From: Cyanobacterium stanieri LEGE 03274
Lineage (GTDB): Bacteria; Cyanobacteriota; Cyanobacteriia; Cyanobacteriales; Cyanobacteriaceae
Assembly: GCF_015207825.1 (NCBI RefSeq)
Contig: NZ_JADEWC010000004.1
Span: 116,155 to 156,154, forward strand
Length of the DNA stretch: 40,000 nt
Reading direction: 5' to 3'
The stretch's first letter is position 1; each line of letters opens with the position of its first letter. A model generated the notes under the pieces. That model searched no databases and had not been told where the DNA came from. It saw only the letters and a list, made by a program, of their open reading frames with translations. The position numbers and the translations under genes were made by a program. Below, piece after piece: positions 10,325 to 18,133 of the stretch.

Positions 10325-10537
10325 ATGTCTTCTAAATCTCCTCGTTTAACATCCAAAGAAATTATTAAACAACTAAAACAGAGCGGTTTTATAGAAATTT
10401 CGCAAACGGGTTCTCATCTAAAATTATTCAATCATATTACTCAAAGAACAACTATTGTACCTATTCATCAAGGAAAAATAATTCCTATTGGCACATTAAA
10501 AGCCATTGAAAAACAGTCAGGTATTAAATTTTATTGA
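10325..10537 (+). CDS. hicA: HicA-family mRNA interferase toxin
   Basis: 70 aa. It has the YcfA/HicA pattern (LKQSGFIEISQTGSHLKLFN....TIVPIH.GK.IPIGTLKAIEKQSGI), including the conserved GSH motif. Confidence 0.85.
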   Translation: MSSKSPRLTSKEIIKQLKQSGFIEISQTGSHLKLFNHITQRTTIVPIHQGKIIPIGTLKAIEKQSGIKFY

Positions 10538-10547
10538 GATAGTTAAG

Positions 10548-10610
10548 AGAGTTCGATCGCACTTATGGATTAATGTTAATGTGGTTAAGGGTTCGATCGC
10601 ACTTACCAAG
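10548..10610 (+). repeat. Right pair of 16-nt HIP1-containing repeats downstream of hicA
   Basis: AGTTCGATCGCACTTA (10550-10565) and GGTTCGATCGCACTTA (10590-10605), pitch 40 bp. Confidence 0.8.
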
Positions 10611-10695
10611 TAATACTTTTAAAGGGCGATTATGGTGGAAAGATGTAAAGATCATATCATTATCATCGATTTAAAGTTCTTACGCTCCATAACAT

Positions 10696-10726
10696 AATTG
10701 ACAATGAACGATGGACAATGGACAAT
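10696..10726 (+). repeat. CAATG-heptamer tract (AATTGACAATGAACGATGGACAATGGACAAT)
   Basis: Read directly from the sequence. It lies 85-115 bp upstream of the ispE ATG. The AATTGACAATGAA core is shared with tracts at 16235, 27410, 28508, 30476 (reverse) and 38134. Confidence 0.75.
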
Positions 10727-10811
10727 AAAGGTTATCGTTGGTTTGTCTGCTTGATACGTTTGATTTTTAACCTTTTCTAATTTTCATCAAACCCTATTTA
10801 TTTGAGTATTT

Positions 10812-11762
10812 ATGCAATCCTATTCACTATTTGCCCCTGCAAAAATAAATCTTCATCTGGAAATTATAGGCGATCGCCCCGACGGCTACCATGAATTGGT
10901 CATGATCATGCAAAGTGTTGCCCTAGGGGACATTATCAACATCAGAGCCAACGGAAAAGAAGAAATTCGCCTTTTTTGTCAAAATCCTCAAGTCCCCCTA
11001 GATCATAGCAATTTAGCCCATAAAGCAGTATCCTTAATGCAAAAAAATTTCCCTGCCCAAGCGAGAAATTTTGGGGGGGTAGATATTCACATTGAAAAAA
11101 AGATTCCCGTCGCAGCCGGATTAGCCGGGGGTTCGAGCAATGCCGCCGCCGTGTTAGTCGGTATCAACTTATTATGGGGTTTAGGTTTAACCCAACCCGA
11201 ATTGAGAGATTTTGCTACTCATTTGGGTTCTGATGTACCCTTTTGTATTGCGGGGGGAACGGCGATCGCCACAGGCAGAGGAGAACAAATTGAGCCATTA
11301 CCACCCTTGGATAATATATGGGTAATCCTTGCTAAATATAGTAATATCAGTGTTTCTACCCCTTGGGCTTATAAAACCTATCGAGAAGAATTTCATCATC
11401 TTTACGTCCAAGATAGCCATGGCATCACCGAGCGCACCAACGCCATTCACTCAGGGAAATTAGTAAAGGCGATCGCCCATAAAGACTCAACACAAATTGG
11501 CAAACTGTTATATAACGACTTACAAAAAAGCGTCCTGCCCGAATATCCCGAAGTAAAAAATCTCATCGATCAATTCAAAACCCAAAACGTCCTTGGTACA
11601 ATGATGTCAGGTTCAGGCCCCACGGTTTTTGCCCTATGTGAAAATCAAGCTCAGGCCATTCACATTAAAAATACCATCAACCAAACCATAAAAGATCCTA
11701 ACCTACAAATGTGGGTAACGAAAATGTGTTCCCACGGCATCACCACCACCCAAGCCCCATAA
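10812..11762 (+). CDS. ispE: 4-diphosphocytidyl-2-C-methyl-D-erythritol kinase
   Basis: 316 aa. N-terminus FAPAKINLHLEIIGDRPDGYHEL and GHMP-kinase motif PVAAGLAGGSSNAAAVL. Confidence 0.92.
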   Translation: MQSYSLFAPAKINLHLEIIGDRPDGYHELVMIMQSVALGDIINIRANGKEEIRLFCQNPQVPLDHSNLAHKAVSLMQKNFPAQARNFGGVDIHIEKKIPVAAGLAGGSSNAAAVLVGINLLWGLGLTQPELRDFATHLGSDVPFCIAGGTAIATGRGEQIEPLPPLDNIWVILAKYSNISVSTPWAYKTYREEFHHLYVQDSHGITERTNAIHSGKLVKAIAHKDSTQIGKLLYNDLQKSVLPEYPEVKNLIDQFKTQNVLGTMMSGSGPTVFALCENQAQAIHIKNTINQTIKDPNLQMWVTKMCSHGITTTQAP

Positions 11763-11764
11763 CC

Positions 11765-12409
11765 ATGGAAATCAAAAACCTCGTAGAAAAACATCTCCAA
11801 AATAATCAACCATCCGCATGGTTTGAAGAATTATACGCCCAAGCCAACCAAAACCCCCAACAAATACCCTGGGCGCACCTACAACCCAACCAGCAATTAA
11901 TAGAATGGTTAAAAAATAATCCCATCCATGGTAAACAAAAACCCCAAGCAGTGATTATCGGTTGTGGATTAGGGGATGATGCCCAAGCCTTTGCCGAAGC
12001 AGGATACCATGTTACCGCCTTTGATGTTTCCCCCACCGCCATCAATTGGTGTAAACAAAGATTTCCCCATAGCCCAGTGGATTACGTCACCGCCGATATT
12101 TTCCATTTACCCTCACCATGGCAACAAAAATTTGACCTCATTTGGGAATGTCGCACTATTCAAGCCCTTCCCCTAAATGTGCGTGCTCAAGTCATCAAGC
12201 AAGTGGTAGCCCTAGCAAAACCCACTGCTAAAATCCTCGTTTCAACCCATATTAGAACCACAGAAGAAGCCCCCAATGGGCCCCCATGGCCTTTATCATC
12301 AGGGGAATTAAATCAATTTAAACAATTAGGATGGCAGGAAAAGTGTCGCTCAACCATCCATCGGGAAAATAATCCCATATCCATTGCCATGATTGAATAT
12401 CAACAATGA
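11765..12409 (+). CDS. Class I SAM-dependent methyltransferase (small, TPMT-like)
   Basis: Motif I VIIGCGLGDDAQAFAEAGYHVTAFDVS. The ATG at 11765 lies 2 nt after the ispE stop. The ORF-track start 11711 overlaps ispE and is unlikely to be used. Confidence 0.75.
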   Translation: MEIKNLVEKHLQNNQPSAWFEELYAQANQNPQQIPWAHLQPNQQLIEWLKNNPIHGKQKPQAVIIGCGLGDDAQAFAEAGYHVTAFDVSPTAINWCKQRFPHSPVDYVTADIFHLPSPWQQKFDLIWECRTIQALPLNVRAQVIKQVVALAKPTAKILVSTHIRTTEEAPNGPPWPLSSGELNQFKQLGWQEKCRSTIHRENNPISIAMIEYQQ

Positions 12410-12454
12410 TTAAGGGGCGCTGAATAACTCAGAAACATTGACATAACACTTCCA

Positions 12455-13777
12455 TTAATCCCCTGCAGTTTCTACTAACTTACCAATATTAAAATCAATT
12501 TTTACCCAAGGTTTACCCTTAATCAAATTCCCAAAAATTAATAACGGAATTTGCCAATGATGCACCATCAAAAATGGTAAAGGATCTTCCCATAAAAATA
12601 TACCATCTTGACCATTACTTATTTTGTGCCACCATCGAGATAAATCATCAAAACTGCGCACCTCCGTTAAACGCCATAATTCGTGATATGTCCAAAAAGT
12701 CGGTTTACTCGTGGCAAGGGGAGTAATGGCAGGGGTATCACCACCATACAAATAGGCATCCGCCACCAAGGGATGATTATAAAACATAGAAATGGCTGAA
12801 TGGGTACGAGGATTACATTCTATGGGGTAAACTGTGCCATCTTCGGTTTGGATAAAATCGAAGGAAATTTGTCCCGTTAAATTTAATTTATCTACAAATT
12901 CTTCTACCCAATCATAAATTTTTTGGTTGTCAATATGTTCATAGTTCACCTGAAAATGAGAAGACTTTGAACAACAATGAAGCCTAATTTTACCATCACG
13001 GACGGTGCTATGGGTACAATATTCCTGCCCCGTGATAAACTGTTGCATTACCCAAGGATTATCTTCACTGATGGGCAAAGTAAGTAAATATTTTTCCATA
13101 CCTTCAAAGGGGAATTGCGTCATATTTAGACGATAAACTGAGTCGTATTTAATACTTTTTAAAATATATTTATGATTATTTTTACTGAAGTCAAAATCAA
13201 TAATTTGTTGAACATCAGTAATTAAAAAAGAGCTAGGAGAAGTTAACCCCAAATCCCTAGCTTTTTGACATAAACTGGCTTTATCATCTAACATCAAAGT
13301 AGTTTCAATATCGAAATGAATTGTTTCACAATGGGGAGCTAATACCATTTTTGCCACTGAGTCATAATAACTAGCTATGGGGCTAGAAACAGGGATAAAA
13401 ACATCTACCTTTTCTCTTTTAACGATGTCTAATAAACCATTGATATAACCTTCTTTATCTTTGACAGGATTAGGTATGGTAAAAAAACGATCCACTGCTA
13501 CTGAAAACCGATGTCCTGATAACCAATATTTATGAGTTTCTACTAAAATAACTCGATGTCCTGCATTATGAAAAGCTCTTGCTAATTGTAGAGCTTTACT
13601 CATTTTTCCACCCGTTAAAAGGATAGTTTTAGAGTTAATATTTTGATTATTTTTTTTGCGAAGTGGGTAAGTTAATATATTACTAATAGAAGCAATTAAA
13701 ACCAGTGTTAAGTTAAAGGGTAATGCTAATTTTAATAATACTAAGGTAGCTAAACTTTTTAGAGTTGCTGAAAACAT
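12455..13777 (-). CDS. mysC: ATP-grasp mycosporine-glycine synthase (MysC, Ava_3856-type)
   Basis: 440 aa. The hydrophobic N-terminus is followed by ILLTGGKMSKALQLARAFHNAGHRVILVETHKYWLSGHRFS. Also present are CTHSTVRDGKIRLHCC, ECNPRTHSAI and the C-terminal DFNIGKLVE..GD. These closely track my recollection of Anabaena variabilis Ava_3856. The gene lies in a cluster with DDGS, O-MT and Ddl-like genes. Confidence 0.85.
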   Translation of the reverse strand: MFSATLKSLATLVLLKLALPFNLTLVLIASISNILTYPLRKKNNQNINSKTILLTGGKMSKALQLARAFHNAGHRVILVETHKYWLSGHRFSVAVDRFFTIPNPVKDKEGYINGLLDIVKREKVDVFIPVSSPIASYYDSVAKMVLAPHCETIHFDIETTLMLDDKASLCQKARDLGLTSPSSFLITDVQQIIDFDFSKNNHKYILKSIKYDSVYRLNMTQFPFEGMEKYLLTLPISEDNPWVMQQFITGQEYCTHSTVRDGKIRLHCCSKSSHFQVNYEHIDNQKIYDWVEEFVDKLNLTGQISFDFIQTEDGTVYPIECNPRTHSAISMFYNHPLVADAYLYGGDTPAITPLATSKPTFWTYHELWRLTEVRSFDDLSRWWHKISNGQDGIFLWEDPLPFLMVHHWQIPLLIFGNLIKGKPWVKIDFNIGKLVETAGD

Positions 13778-13867
13778 TTTTTATGCTGAATAATATTAAT
13801 TTAATGTTTTTTATAAAGGAAAAATACAGAAAAAGAAGAATAAATATGATTAGTAAAACTCCTCATA

Positions 13868-14200
13868 TTATCATGAATTACAAGATTAAGGGTTTATAGT
13901 TCAATAAATTGAATTAAGGTGTTAATAATGGAGAATTATTTTTGTTTTTACTGCTTTAATAGAGTAAGACTCAATCTGATTGGTAAAGTTTATCGTCACT
14001 CACCTTGCAATGAATTACAAGGCTAAGAATTTATCGTTCAATGAATTAAATTAAGGTGTTAATAATGGAGAATTATTTTTGTTTTTACTGCTTTAATAGA
14101 GTAAGACTCAATCTGATTGGTAAATTTTATCGTCACTCGCCTTGCAATGAATTACAAGGCTAACGGTTTATCGTTCAATAAATTGAACTAAGGTATATGT
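13868..14200 (+). repeat. Tandem array of about 2.4 copies of a 137-bp unit (long form of the double-hairpin repeat family)
   Basis: Units start at 13901, 14038 and 14175 (TCAATRAATT...). Units 1 and 2 differ at about 7 of 137 positions. Each unit holds hairpin CCTTGCAATGAATTACAAGG (14003-14022, 14140-14159), and the last unit holds GTTCAATAAATTGAAC (14173-14188). Confidence 0.9.
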
Positions 14201-14223
14201 TGATTAACTGTATAACTCATTAA

Positions 14224-15246
14224 TTATTTTCTATGGCGGTGTAGGGCATTACACCAAACCTCAAAGATAACTGACTCCAAATCTTCTCCGTTGGCGAGTA
14301 ACATTTTGGAAATCATACTGATATTACTAAATGCCCAAAATAAACCTGCTTCTAATAGATAGGGTTCGTCGGTGTCTTGATGTATCCTGAAATCATAGAG
14401 GGAATAATCTCGGCAACCGATCGCACCGTGGGCGTTAATCACTGCTAAACTTAACTTAGTCTCTAATTCTGGGCTAAGGTGCGCTGGGCAAATAGCCTTA
14501 ACATTAGGTTGGGGGGTTTGTTGTTGAGGCATCCCATCATCCTTTAACTGCAACTTTTCGGCAGTAGTGCGAATGGGATTAGCATCATTGACTAAATATT
14601 CAATCATAGGCAACACCTGCAACTTATCACCCCTTTCTATTACCACCGCCCGAATTTCTCGCCCCGGGATAAATTCTTCTGCCAGAAGTTGACTATCATA
14701 TTGAAAACCAAGTTTTAAGGCTTCCTCCATTTGACTTTCATCTTTGACAAGGGTAATACCCAAGGAATTATCTTCCCCATTGGGTTTGATGATAAAAGGA
14801 GGTTTTAATCTCACCTCATCCCCCCGTTTCAAAAGTTGCCCTTTCGCTACTAATACCCCATTAGCCGAAACAACGTCTCTGGTGTGGGCTTTGTTGGTTG
14901 CAAGGGATGTGCAAGGTAATTTTGAACCCACCACAGGCAAACCTAACATATCCTCAAAAAAACCTCGGATGGTAGTCATGCCAGGCTGACAAAATAAATG
15001 GGGTACTACCACATCAAGCAATGGTAAACTTTTGAGAAAGTCGGATAAAGTTTGAGGGGCGCTCAAGTTTTCGAGGGAGTCTCCCTGTTGCCATAATCCA
15101 TCGGGATGCACTATGGCATAATAGGCTTTGACTGCTGGGGGTTTGACTACTTCTTTTAAGTAGAGTAGGGATAATTTATCATAAAAATCGGACACCAAAG
15201 AGCCTCCGATATGTAATACTTTTAACGGGTTTTCTGGTGTAAACAT
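14224..15246 (-). CDS. mysD: D-Ala-D-Ala ligase-like ATP-grasp enzyme (MysD-type)
   Basis: 340 aa. The architecture is Ddl-like (N-terminal LKVLHIGGS.., central ATP-grasp region with FIIKPNGEDNSLGITLV, LLAEEFIPGREIR). It is embedded in the MAA cluster. Confidence 0.75.
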   Translation of the reverse strand: MFTPENPLKVLHIGGSLVSDFYDKLSLLYLKEVVKPPAVKAYYAIVHPDGLWQQGDSLENLSAPQTLSDFLKSLPLLDVVVPHLFCQPGMTTIRGFFEDMLGLPVVGSKLPCTSLATNKAHTRDVVSANGVLVAKGQLLKRGDEVRLKPPFIIKPNGEDNSLGITLVKDESQMEEALKLGFQYDSQLLAEEFIPGREIRAVVIERGDKLQVLPMIEYLVNDANPIRTTAEKLQLKDDGMPQQQTPQPNVKAICPAHLSPELETKLSLAVINAHGAIGCRDYSLYDFRIHQDTDEPYLLEAGLFWAFSNISMISKMLLANGEDLESVIFEVWCNALHRHRK

Positions 15247-15300
15247 TATGGATTATTAGTTGTACTATAAACGGATAATTAACAATGATTTAATTATCTT

Positions 15301-15326
15301 TTGCCTATTGCCTGTTGCCCATTCCC
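15301..15326 (-). repeat. CAATG-heptamer tract (minus-strand reading GGGAATGGGCAACAGGCAATAGGCAA)
   Basis: Read directly from the sequence. It lies in the 86-bp mysB-mysD spacer, 55-80 bp upstream of the mysD ATG. Confidence 0.7.
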
Positions 15327-15332
15327 TTGTTT

Positions 15333-16154
15333 TTAATTGACTCGCATCACGGTTAAGCCGTCGCGCAGGGGTAATAATACTTGTTGTACTCGTTCATCGT
15401 GGGCTACCATGTGATTAAATTGGTTAATAGCTTCCCCATTTTCGGTGCGCTCGGATTCGGGTAAATAAACCTGTCCTTGATAAAGGGTGTTATCTACGAC
15501 GATGATGGCGCCTGAGGAGACTAGGTTTTTGTCTAATAATAAATTGAAATAGTCTTGATATTCTTTCTTGTTGGCATCAATAAAGACTAAATCGAAGTTT
15601 TTGTCCTCTTGGGCTAATTGTGCCATGGTATGGAGGGCAGGGGCTACTTTGACGGTGATTTTGTTGCCGTGGGGGGAGTGGGAAAAACAGTCTTGGGCGA
15701 ATTTGGCTACATATTCATCTACTTCACAGGCGATGACTTGTCCATCTTCGGGTAATGCTTCTGCCATGGCAAGGGCGGAATATCCTGTAAACATACCGAT
15801 TTCAAGGACGTTTTTTGCGTTTAACATTTTGACGAAAATTTGCAACATTTGCCCTTCGATGTGTCCTGAAAGCATTTCTTGCTCTAATTCAAAGGGGGTT
15901 TTACCTTCTTGGAATAGTCTTGTCCAATCTTCTTGGGCGGTTTTTGTTGCTAGATGTGTGAGGGCGGGGGATTCTTGGCTAGAAACTTCGGTTAAATAAG
16001 GTTCTAATGCTGAAGCAAATTGATAGGCTTCTTCTATTTGTGCTACTAATTCGATATTCTCAGTATTCTTTGCAGTTTTTAATATATTTTCTAATTTTTC
16101 CACAAGAATCGCTAAAGGGGCGATCGCCCTTGGTTTGTTTACTGTTACGGACAT
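15333..16154 (-). CDS. mysB: SAM-dependent O-methyltransferase (caffeoyl-CoA OMT-like; MysB)
   Basis: 273 aa. Motif I VLEIGMFTGYSALAMAEAL and the DLVFIDANKKEY motif are typical of class I cation-dependent OMTs. The gene lies directly downstream of the sugar-phosphate cyclase gene. Confidence 0.85.
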   Translation of the reverse strand: MSVTVNKPRAIAPLAILVEKLENILKTAKNTENIELVAQIEEAYQFASALEPYLTEVSSQESPALTHLATKTAQEDWTRLFQEGKTPFELEQEMLSGHIEGQMLQIFVKMLNAKNVLEIGMFTGYSALAMAEALPEDGQVIACEVDEYVAKFAQDCFSHSPHGNKITVKVAPALHTMAQLAQEDKNFDLVFIDANKKEYQDYFNLLLDKNLVSSGAIIVVDNTLYQGQVYLPESERTENGEAINQFNHMVAHDERVQQVLLPLRDGLTVMRVN

Positions 16155-16219
16155 AACATTACTCCAATATATGTAATATGAATGAAATATATTTTTTGTT
16201 AATCAAAAATCAACCTAAA

Positions 16220-16256
16220 TCCGGGATATAAAACAATTGACAATGAACAATTATTC
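16220..16256 (+). repeat. Short copy of the family-B element core (TCCGGGATATAAAACAATTGACAATGAACAATTATTC)
   Basis: It shares TTCGGGATAAAA and AATTGACAATGAAYAATT with the copies at 27342-27484 and 28457-28614. Confidence 0.6.
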
Positions 16257-16511
16257 TTTTTTGCTTCTGGCTTTTGTCCATTCCTGAACTAAGATTAAGG
16301 GTGACTCAAAGAGGGAAAAACTTTTCCCCAAGCCCACGGAAACACTTTAGAATGAATCACCCCTACGAACAGAGATGGGGTCAAACTTTGCATTTTCTTA
16401 ACAAAAGCAGATCTATAAACCTACCTTTGTTAAGATTAGATTAAGATTTCAGATGGTTTGAAGAAGATGAACAAGGGCGATCGGACGCCAATCAGAACAA
16501 CCCTCGTAGTC

Positions 16512-17882
16512 TTATTCTAAACCAAGATCCCTGAGATACATCTGCTCTCCTGCGCCTTGATTCGGTAATTGAGAGCAGTATTCTTTATGAGCTATCACCG
16601 CTTGATTTAGTAAATCAGGCTCTACCTCCTGAGCATAATCACAAACACCGATGGTGGTAGGCAAAGGCGCCCATAAACCGCCATCACCTCGCTTACGGCG
16701 CATATTCTTTTGTCCCTCAATCATAATCGTAGTATCTTCTAAGACAGGATGATAAACCGATAGCCCTAACTTACTAGATAAATTAATAATTCTCTGGCAC
16801 TCCTGCTCACTTAACCAACCCAACTCCTTGGATAAAGTTGCACCAAAAGCCATACCAATGGTGACGGCGTGTCCGTGCATCAACTTAACCGCAGGTTCAA
16901 AACGAGGACTCCAAGTATGTCCATAGGCATGGGGCCTATCCTGATAGGTTTCAAACATATTAGTTCCCTCATGCTTCATATAAGCATAAAGAGCCTTGTA
17001 AATGATTAAATCAGCGATTTTTGCTAAATCTTCACTGGCATCCATGGTGGCAAAACGAGTTTTGATCAACTCCTGCCCGTATTCCTCCAATAACTCAAAC
17101 AATTCCTTGTCATCAGTTACCGCCATCTTGATAATTTCTGCCATCCCATTACGGATATGTCCCATATCAAGGGTAGCGAAAAATTGACGATCCACCAGAG
17201 TTAACACGGGGGGATGATATACCCCAATGCTATTTTTAAATTGAGTTCCATTGGTACAAGTACGGGGAGAAGGGCCCGCATCAATGGCGGCGATGATGGT
17301 AGTACCGATCATAATATAGGGTGTACGGCGATGTTGTAGCGCACAAGCTAAACCAGCCACATCACTTAAAACACCTCCCCCAATGACCAAAACAGGCTCG
17401 TTACGGGATACATCACAACCATCTTTCCCTAAAAAGCCAAGAATACGATGGACTGTTTCGGGGGTTTTATCACTTTCCCAAGCCCTTACCACCATTAATT
17501 CTAGGGAAATTTCTTGAGCTTGAAAATAACCTTCTATCTTCTCTCCATATAACTGCGCCACGGTTTGATCTACTACCGCAATACAACGACCACGGGGGCG
17601 ATAGATATTACCAAGGGTATCGTTAGATATGGCAAAAATATCCTTAATAACCTTAACCTCTGATTTCAGCTGATATACTGCTGTTACTTCAAAGGATAAA
17701 CCCTCATCGGCGGTGGTAATCTGACCAGAACCTGTGTACCATTCAGAGGTACGGTACTTTTCTTCATGGGGGCGCCAAATTACTGTTTTATTATTTTCCT
17801 GAAGATTTCCCCCTTGGACACCGTTGCCCATGGTTGAATCTTTCATCATTGGGAACGAACTCTTTATTTCACTAGAAATCAT
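16512..17882 (-). CDS. mysA: Sedoheptulose-7-phosphate cyclase of the DHQS superfamily (demethyl-4-deoxygadusol synthase, MysA)
   Basis: Dehydroquinate-synthase-like motifs are present (VLVIGGGVLSDVAGLACA, RNGMAEIIKMAV, HAYGHTWSP, HGHAVTIGMAF). The DDGS assignment, rather than EEVS or EVS, rests on the adjacent O-MT and two ATP-grasp genes. The start is uncertain: the ORF runs to 17960, and I prefer the ATG at 17882 (MISSEIK), with further ATGs downstream. Confidence 0.8.
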   Translation of the reverse strand: MISSEIKSSFPMMKDSTMGNGVQGGNLQENNKTVIWRPHEEKYRTSEWYTGSGQITTADEGLSFEVTAVYQLKSEVKVIKDIFAISNDTLGNIYRPRGRCIAVVDQTVAQLYGEKIEGYFQAQEISLELMVVRAWESDKTPETVHRILGFLGKDGCDVSRNEPVLVIGGGVLSDVAGLACALQHRRTPYIMIGTTIIAAIDAGPSPRTCTNGTQFKNSIGVYHPPVLTLVDRQFFATLDMGHIRNGMAEIIKMAVTDDKELFELLEEYGQELIKTRFATMDASEDLAKIADLIIYKALYAYMKHEGTNMFETYQDRPHAYGHTWSPRFEPAVKLMHGHAVTIGMAFGATLSKELGWLSEQECQRIINLSSKLGLSVYHPVLEDTTIMIEGQKNMRRKRGDGGLWAPLPTTIGVCDYAQEVEPDLLNQAVIAHKEYCSQLPNQGAGEQMYLRDLGLE

Positions 17883-18133
17883 GACTGTTTCAATCCTTAT
17901 TGTTGACTGAATAGCCCGAAACCTCAGAGGTTTATCTATTCTGGCTACCATACTACACAATATTTTTCAGATTGTAAACAAAAGTTAAAAAAAATCTTAA
18001 GAAAAATGAGAGTTTTTTATATTCATGCTAAAAATTGCAAGTGGAAATCACTGGTAAAGTTAATCTGAGCCAAAAAAGTTTTTCTAATGATTGACTGCTA
18101 TCCTTAGTAATCAACCTTAATTTTTTTGAAGTT

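Noticed and set aside
10036-10605. GGTTCGATCG in the hicBA-flanking repeats resembles a tRNA T-arm (GGTTCGAATCC). This raised the idea of a tRNA 3' fragment or att site, or of integron attC sites.
   Set aside because: The sequence after the loop (GCACT) cannot pair with the preceding AAGGG to form a T-stem, and there is no acceptor stem or CCA context. The R'/R'' attC core motifs (GTTRRRY / RYYYAAC) are not present in proper inverted arrangement. No integrase is nearby.
13928-14163. Two tandem 32-codon mini-ORFs inside the 137-bp repeat units (13928-14026 and 14065-14163; MENYFCFYCFNRVRLNLIGK(V/F)YRHSPCNELQG). Each is preceded by AAGGTG 6 nt upstream.
   Set aside because: The homologous long-form repeat at 1735-1912 lacks the ATG and has an in-frame TAG. 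The dispersed copy at 20009-20097 also has a TAG just upstream of the conserved 3' part. Conservation therefore tracks the hairpins, not the reading frame. Ribosome profiling could still overturn this.
13868-14200. Possible CRISPR array, given regularly spaced repeats with palindromic cores.
   Set aside because: The whole 137-bp unit is repeated, including the would-be spacers. There are no unique spacers and no cas genes, so this is a tandem duplication and not a CRISPR array.
17971-17989. HLR1-like (RpaB-binding) direct repeat upstream of mysA (minus-strand TTTAACTT-TTG-TTTACAAT), and a similar TTTACAAT-AA-TTTTAACC at 25126-25143 upstream of rpaB itself.
   Set aside because: Only one half-site in each matches (G/T)TTACA(T/A)(T/A). 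The second half-site is poor (3 of 5 core positions), and the mysA copy has a 3-nt rather than 2-nt spacing. In AT-rich DNA such matches are expected by chance.
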